From Candidatus Micrarchaeota archaeon (GTDB lineage Archaea; Micrarchaeota; Micrarchaeia; Anstonellales; JAGGTN01), in assembly GCA_021163645.1 (NCBI GenBank), contig JAGGTN010000020.1, forward strand, positions 1 through 50,282: a stretch of DNA of 50,282 bases, read 5' to 3'. Positions 1 through 9,000 of the stretch are shown one piece after another. The notes under the pieces are model-generated. The model ran no database searches. It was not told the DNA's origin and saw only the letters and a list, made by a program, of their open reading frames with translations. The position numbers and the translations under genes were made by a program. Numbering within the stretch: the first letter of the stretch is position 1; each line of letters begins with the position of its first letter.

Positions 1-2
1 CC

Positions 3-3000
3 ACACCAGACAATCCTAATGATAGAGTATATCTTGAAGCTGTTGTGAATGTTGCTAATGCTGTTGAAGATTGTACTAACGGTGTAGATGACGATGGAGA
101 TGATTTGGTAGACTGTGAAGACCCTGATTGTGCGGATGATCCAGAATGTCAAGTACAATGTGAATTAGAGTATATCTCCCCAACAGAAGGTCCTGAGAGT
201 GTTGCAATTAAGGGTAGAATTTCTGGTATGGAACCGAACGAATCCTATACGATTAAAGGCTTAGACAAGAACAATAATGTTTGTTTATATGCTGAAAATA
301 CAGTAAACGATTTTGGTATTGATGAATTCGGAGAACGGATTTCCAATGCTATTTGTTATTGTGATATTTGTGCAACAGGAAAACTGAGTAATTGCACTAC
401 CAATACTTTAAGGTATAAGGTCATTCAAGAAACAACCTGTAACGACACCGTAGACAACGATTGTGATGGATTGGTAGACTGTGAGGACTCAGATTGTGCG
501 GATGATCCTGCTTGTCAAACACCAGAATGCTGCGATCTTGATGCTGTAGATGGATCAGGAGATACCCCTGGATGTGGCAGTATGTATAAATCAGGAGATA
601 CATATTACATAAATAATGCAAATGATGTAATAAAATTGTGTAATAAAACTTATACTCGTGATTTATCAGGAGATAATACTTCTGTTATTGAGATAAATGG
701 AGCAAATGTTGTTCTTGATGGAGGTGGGTCCATCATAAAGCAATCTAGTTATCCTGGACTTGTTGAAATTTATGGTGTAGTAGTAAGAGAAAGTGGTGTC
801 AATGCAACCGTTAAGAACATACATGTTGAAAACTATCCGTTCGGAATATCTAGTTATGCTAATGACACAAAAATAATTAACAACAAAATAAAAAGTGCTC
901 ATTGGGGTATTAGTACTGTTGGTTCAAATGTGATTATTTCAAATAATATTGTTTCTGAAACATACTACCAAGATTACGGTGATGGAGGCTCAGCCATTTT
1001 TGTTGGAGGAGGTGCTCAGTACTGTCAAGTCACTAATAATGAAATAACTGATGGTGTTGTTGGCATAATGCTTGGTGAAGGTGGTGCATCATTTAATAAT
1101 ATATCAAATAATAACGTCACAAACAATACATATATAGGAATAGTTCTTGGACCTATTTCATCCGTTTATAAGAATACTCTAAACAGTAATTTTGTTTGTG
1201 GTAATGGATATCAGGTTGTTCCAGAGTCTCCTGGTCTAGAAGGCGATGTTTATGATAACGGGAATAATAATACATGGATTAATACTACTTGTGATGTTGA
1301 CAGTTCTAAAACAGGAATATGCATAAATCCTTGTCCATTATCAACGAATGAAACAAGTTGTGATGATGGTATAGATAACGATAATGATGGATTGATTGAT
1401 TGTGAAGACCCTGATTGTGCGGATGATCCTGCTTGCCAAGTACCAGAATGCTGCGACCTTAATACAATGGAGGGCTGTGATAATGTTACAAAAATTAGTG
1501 ATGATTACTATGTGAATGGGGAGACTCTAATATGTCAGAATGAGTATAAACTGAGTGATCTTAATGGAGACGGTGTTTTAATAATAAATTCAAGCTCAGT
1601 TGTATTAAAATGTGAAGAGGGGACTGTACTACGAGGCGATTCAAATTGTGGCATTGGATTGGTAAATGAATATGAAGATGTTATATTGATTGGCTGTGAG
1701 TTCAAAAATTATACGACGGGTGTACTCTGGACTGGTGATAATGGACGTATTGATGCTAACTCCTTAGTATTCAATTATGTTGGTTTACAGATGTCTGGGG
1801 ATAATAACCAGATTACTTATAATATAATGGATAATAATATACAATTTGGTTTATCGATTGGTGATACTTCTGGTAATCAGTTTATTGGTAACAAGATCAG
1901 AAATAATGGTCAAGAAGGGATATTTACAGTCACTTGTAGAGGAAAACTGTGTGTGTTAGATACCTTACTCAGTACCAACGAGGTATGCTATAATCCAACA
2001 GATATAGATCTTTCTGTAAGTGTTGCGAATGCATCGGGCAATAATAAATGTGATGTTTTAGTTGATAAGGGAAGTAATAATCAGGTTACCTGTTCACAGA
2101 ATTGTTCAGCACCACCTCAACCGACCTGTGTGGTACCGACCGACGGCATGCTGATAAACGAGAGTGTAGTATTGTGTCCAGGAGTTTATAATCTGCCTAA
2201 CGGAATTAAGATAAACGCTGATAATATTGTTGTTACTTGTAATGGAACTACTTTGAACGGCACGGGTTCTGGGTACGGAGTGGAAAATACGGGGCATAGT
2301 AATGTTACTATCAAGAACTGTGTTATAATAGAATACGGATATGGTGTGTACTGGGAAAATGCGAATTATGGAACCATATTTAATACAACGGTCCAAAAAT
2401 CAGGTCAAGGTATCTATTTAAGGGAATCTTCTTATAACAATGTTCGAAATAATAACGCAAGTTACAATACTCTTAATTCAGAAAGTTGTGGGATTGCAGT
2501 TCTTGGAGATAATAACAATCTAACTGATAATGTTGCTCATAACAATGTTTACTATGGTATAATAATAGAAGGAGTTGGCAACACTGTCGCGGGTAACACT
2601 TTAAGAAATAATCTGGCAGGAGTGGTAGTTCAGAGTATCGAGAGAGTATCTTCTAATAATACTCTTGTAAACAATAATATTACTGAAAATCAGTATGGAA
2701 TAGGTATTTCTGATTCCGTTGGCAACTATATTCATAGTAATTTTGTATGTGATAATAAGAATGTGGACATAACACTTTCTGCTAATACTTCTGGTAACAC
2801 TGGTGACAACACCTGTGATAAATTACAGGATGATGATTCCAATCAGGTAACATGTAGCAAAGGATGTACCCAACAGGCATGCTCTCTCTTAGTTTCACCG
2901 TCATCAGCTTACGTTGGCGAAACAGTGAAGATAAGTGGTAGCGGTTTTGCACCAAACTCTGACATAACTCTCGAGAACAGTTGCGGTGGGACGACGACGA

Positions 3001-6000
3001 TTAAATCAGACCAAAACGGTAACTTTGTCTATCCGTTCGCTACGAACTGTGGAATGCTCGGAACATGTACCGTTAAAGCTTACGATGATTTCTGCGAGGC
3101 CACGGGCACTTACACGGTCAAAACGCAAGCTGAGGTTTGCGATGACGGTGTCGACAATGATTGTAACGGAAAAATAGACTGTGCTGACCCTGCATGCATC
3201 GGGTCTGCTGCATGTACCTTCGAGGTATCCGATTGTTTCACTATAAGAAATTCGAACGGTGGGACCTGGGTACTCAAGTCGGACATAAAAGCAAACGATA
3301 AATGTATAGAACTCGGTTTAAAGCCTGGAGCGGTGGCAGTCATTCGCTGTGAAGGTCATACAATAACCGTTAATACTACCGGTAAAACGGATGCCCATGC
3401 GATAAAAGTCTTCAGTGAACAGACAAGGGATGCTGATATTAAATTAGAGAATTGTAATATTAAAATAGTTGGTAATGGTAACGGTAATGCTGTTTGGGCC
3501 TTCAACCTTAACAAGCTTGAGCTTTATAGTATCATTGCAGACGTGGCTTCTGATAACAGTTATCCAGTTTTGGCGCAGTATATTAGGAACTTGATTGCAG
3601 AAAACCTTAACATTACTCACGATGGAGACAACGCTACGGCGTTCAAGGTGCAAGAAATATCTAATTCAATAGATGTAAACAATGTCCAACTCACCAGTTC
3701 AGCTAACATCAAACAAGGTGATTTCAGAAAGAGCGTGTTTGTGAGTGACGTACATCCAGATCCTTCTCTTCCATATAAGAAGAGAAGAATATCAAATATT
3801 TATGAGCATACTAAGTTTAATAAAGCAGTAATCCTAGATTCAAGCAACTTGGTGTTGAACGATTGGAAATTCCATGATCATCAGGATGAAGGTCTGGCGA
3901 TATTGGGTAAATCATCAAATATAGAAATGACCAGATTCAATCTTTCGAATAATAATATAGGTTTATACATCGGACAAGATGTGGAAAACGTATCTATTGA
4001 TTCTTCATACATGTGTAATAACCGTGAGAAGGATGTATTATCTGCTGATATTTCTGCATTAAATGTTGGAGCAGATGTTACGTGTACAAAATCTTATCCA
4101 GAAAACATCTGTCCGAAACAATGTCCTATGGAGGATACTGATGGTGATGGAGTGCCTGATGACCAGGACAATTGTGTAAAGGTCTACAACCCAGACCAAA
4201 AAGATATTGATGGTGATGGATTGGGTGATGCCTGCGATAATTGTGTGGATGTTTACAACCCAGACCAGATAGATAACGATGGTGACGGTCTCGGGTACGC
4301 ATGCGAGCCCGGTGACCCGAACGTTTGCGATTACACGTTCGACTGTGATGGTGACGGAGTCTGTGACGGTCCACGTTCACCAGAGGCACCTGCAGTCTGT
4401 GGCAACGGAATCTGCGAGTCTGGTGAGGATTATACTACTTGTCCCTCAGATTGTCCTGCTCCATCATGCAAAGATACAGATGAAGGAATCGATTATTATA
4501 CCTCTGGTTCAGTTATGACGTCCTCGGGAAAGGAGTTCAAAGATTACTGTTTGGATAACAACAATCTAATGGAGTATGCGTGTAACCCAGATGGTAGCGA
4601 AAGCACTTATCAATACGATTGTTCAAAAGAAGGTTTAATATGCCAGGACGGTGCATGCGTTAAAGGAGCACAATGCATTGAAGGTGCGTCTTGCTCGAGC
4701 GATGATGATTGTTATGGTGGAATATGCATATTAACTTCGTCAGATGATATATGCTACGCTAAACCTATTTACTCTGATTCTGATTGTAAGATGTTCTGTA
4801 ACAATTTCTCTGGACTCAACGAATACAAATGGGATGGTGCTGAATCATGCGAATGTTACGGTTCGATAACAGAGGATGAATGCGTTGAGTCGGCTGCACA
4901 GTATGGTTATGGATACTCTTATTTCCCTGGAACGACAACAGGCACATGCGACTGCCCAATAGAGTGTTTTGAGTTGCCTTATTATGACTGTGAAAGGACT
5001 TCTGAATGCAGATGGTGTAATGGAGCATGTTTTTCATCAGATACAATATGTCAAATAAAAGTATGTAGTGGTGATAAACCAATAACGTGCTATGATCAAG
5101 CATGTTCTGATCATCAAGAAACTTACATACGTCAGACATGCATTGCCGAGGGTGAGGAGTGTAATACAGAACTGGTTGATTGTGGTACTTCTCCTATTTG
5201 CGGTGATGATGTTTGCGAAATTTATGAAGATTATAATAACTGTCCAGAGGATTGTCCACTGCCTGAATGTTCTGGTACACAGACAGATGATTGCTCCACA
5301 TTACAGGTAACGAATCCGAAATCTGAATGCCAGAATTATTATTCAAAGTCTGGGTTCCAGTGTACTGTTAACAAGGATGCAACTGGATGTATGGATAGTG
5401 AACAATGTACAGTTAAACTTTCTGAAAAAGAGATTGTTAGCTTAGAAAAAGGGAAGGTATCAAACTTGTTTAACCTATTCACATTACCTTTCATTTTCGG
5501 TTTAGGGGTGTTTATGATGAAAAGGAAAAGGAAACTGTCTTCCTCACTTTTAGCACTGGTAGTAGGGCTGATGTTAGTAACTTTTATTATAGGAACAGTG
5601 AATGCTGCGCTTCCAGAATGCTATGGTGGTGAGTCTAAGTCATGCAAAGAGATAACAGATGAAAAGACTTGTACTAATGCTTATGTTGCCTATAACAATA
5701 CATATTACCAATGCGAATGGGATCCTGTCAACTATCTTTGTCTCCTCAATACTATACCAGAGCACGAATGTGCGCCGCCTGCCCAGCAACAAGAGATATG
5801 TGATAACGGTGTTGATGATGATAGTGACGGGTTGATTGATTGCAAAGACCCGGACTGTGCAGATGATCCAGCATGCCAAGGTTGTTCACAATACACTGAT
5901 GAAACATCGTGTAACAATGACCCAAACTGTGAATGGTATCCTGGAACTCCTGAGTATGTTGGATGCGAAGGTGAAGCTAAACATTGCTCTGTGTTCTCAA

Positions 6001-9000
6001 ACGAAGATGAATGTTTGATGCAGAAGGGATGTTCATGGTTAACCGAGTCATTGAGTTATTATGCATGCATCGCCCAAGGATACTCCTGGTGCGAGTTTGA
6101 TGGTAGATGCGATTCCGAAGGCCCATGCACTAGTATTCTCTGTAAGGCATTAGCTAAATGTGAAGACCCAGTAGATTGTTCTGAGGTAACTGATCAGTCG
6201 TCTTGTGAATCCTACAGTACCTGTGCTTGGGACTCTGATAAAGGAGTATGTTATGAAGAGGTATTGTGCAGATCATACAAAGATGAAGATTCATGCACTA
6301 CGGCGGGTTGTAAATGGAAAGTAGTCAACTACTACGCACCTTGCACAGAAGTATGCTCAGATAACACGTCTATATGTGTCAAACAAAGCACAACGTGTAT
6401 ACCTGAGAATGAGACTGTCCAACCTACACCTGTCGACTGCAACGCTTCTCCACCCTCTGGATGCACTGGTGAACCGTTGAGTTGCTCAGCTGTAAGTAAC
6501 GAGAAAGAATGTATCAACCAGATGGGTTGTAGTCCAAAGTACAAGACTATTAGTGGGTACTGTGCAGAGAAACCTTCTTCAACATGTACATCTTCACCAA
6601 GCGGTAAAGACGAGTTCTACAACGAATATCCGTACCCATCTGATATTAAACCACCTATTGATGTGTACGGTGCGCCTATATGTATAGATGATGATTATTG
6701 CGACTTAAACTGTTTCCTCAATGCTTCACCAGATTATCCAGGTGCGTTAACATATCCAATTTGGGATTCTGATTGTTGTCAAGATAATGATAAGGACGGT
6801 TATACAGGTTCAATACCTCATGAAGCACCGTCAGAATTCCAATCATATTGTACTGATGATTGTGATGATTATAATGCAAACGTTCACCCCGGAGCAGAAG
6901 AGTTGTGTAATGCTATAGATGATGACTGTGATGGTTACGTTGACATGTTCCCGGGGACGAGTGTCATGCCGAAGGACTGTAAGCAGTGGAGTAATGATGA
7001 AGCTGCGTGTTTAGAAAACTCTGACCAATGTACTTGGGCAAGCAAGTTTACCGGTTGCGACCCGGTTAAAAAAGAATGTTCTGTTTATTCTGATAACGAG
7101 TCGTGCGAATCAGACGTTTTCTGTGATTGGGTGGTTACACCTGAGACAGGTTCGTGCGTAGCACCTGTGGAATGCAAAAAACTTGAAGACGAACAAACAT
7201 GTTCCCAGTATCCGACGTGCGCATGGGAACCGAACCAACAGGTATGCTATAAGGCGGTTGACTGTACAGGTTATAAAACAGAAGCTGATTGTGAAAATGC
7301 GGGTTGTACATGGCAGGTTAAACCAGCCAGGGAGTATTGTGGTTATGATTTAGGTATAGAAACCTTCTGTAAACAATGGACAACCACTGACGAGTGTAAC
7401 AATGCATTGTACGAAGGAGTGAACGTGTGTCAAGCAACACAGGACACGAGGTGCTATAACAACTGTTATGATATAACCGATCAGGGAACATGCGATACAA
7501 CAGAGTTCTGCGCATGGGTAGGCTCAGGAGGTACCTGTTATGCTGACTGTTCTGGTTTCACTGATGAAGCAACATGTAACAAGTATGACCCATACTGTAA
7601 ATGGGATGGTAAAGAATGCGTGGACTCAGGCTTAGGAGAATGCACAGAATACACGGATGAAAAAACCTGTACTTCTAACTCACTGTGCAAGTGGAAATCT
7701 GAGACCGTAGGATCATGTCAGCCAGCACCAGAGGAAGGCGGGCCCGTACCTTTAACTCAGTACTGTTATACCGGGCCAAAAGGTACCGACGGTGTAGGTA
7801 TATGTCATGGCGGGACACAAATATGTACTTCTGGTGCATGGGGTGTTTGCGAAGATGAAGTTACTCCTCAGGTTGAATTGTGTGATGGAATAGATAACGA
7901 TTGTGACGGGAAGTATGATGAGGATTTTGATAAAGACAATGATACAATTACTATATGTGGAACGTATACAACAAATGGTTCTTCTGTAGAGCCAGATTGT
8001 AATGATAATGATCCTAACGTGTGGCATCTTATGAAAGGATATGCCGACAATGATCATGACGGTTATGGTACTGGTGAACTGTTGGATGTATGCTCAGGGT
8101 TGACATTACCTATTGGATATTCAGACATTTCTGGTGATTGTGATGATGATATGAGTGATGATCCAACTGATATAACCTGCCCATCTGATCCAAGTAATTG
8201 CACTGAGGATACTGGTGAATGTGCTATATGCATACATCCTGGAGCAATGGAAATACCGTGCGATAACATAGATCAAAACTGTAACGGACACTGGGAAAAC
8301 AAGACGTTTACTTCGCAGTTATTAGTCAAACCTGAAAAGGATAAGAAATATCATAAGTGTAGACCCTGTAGTACGATTCATTCATTGACAATAAAATATA
8401 TTGGTGATGATAATGCAACAGAGGTATATGTTTATGATAAGAAGAATAACTTATTAGGGATGTATCCAATTGTTAACAGAACATTCACAGTAACAAATCT
8501 TGCCAAACCTGAAACAATATTCCAAATAGGATCTTATATACAGTGGATTCATACAAGTTGTTCTAGACCGATCGGTCCTGGGTATTTGTTTGGCAAGCTT
8601 AAGATAATCTCATGGAATGCTGCAGATCCAAATACTTGTGATGGCGATGGAGGATCCAAGTATTATGATTGGACTGGCAGTAAATGGAAGTTCTACAATG
8701 ACTATTATCCAGATGATCTAGTCATTGGAAATAATGAAATAGGGTTGGCAGATTTTGATAATGACGGCCAAGATGAACTCATAGTTAAGGAGAAGAAATA
8801 CAGACATACTGATGATATTAATACATGGTTCTATGAATGGGATGGTGATTCATGGGTTGAATATGAACATTCGACCAATGATGGTTTGCCATTACAGGGC
8901 AGGTATGAAGTAGCAGCATGTGATATATTAGACAGTAATGGACAACCTGGTACAGATGGTGTTCCAGAGCTTATAATAACAAGAGAAGGGTTCAGTAAGG

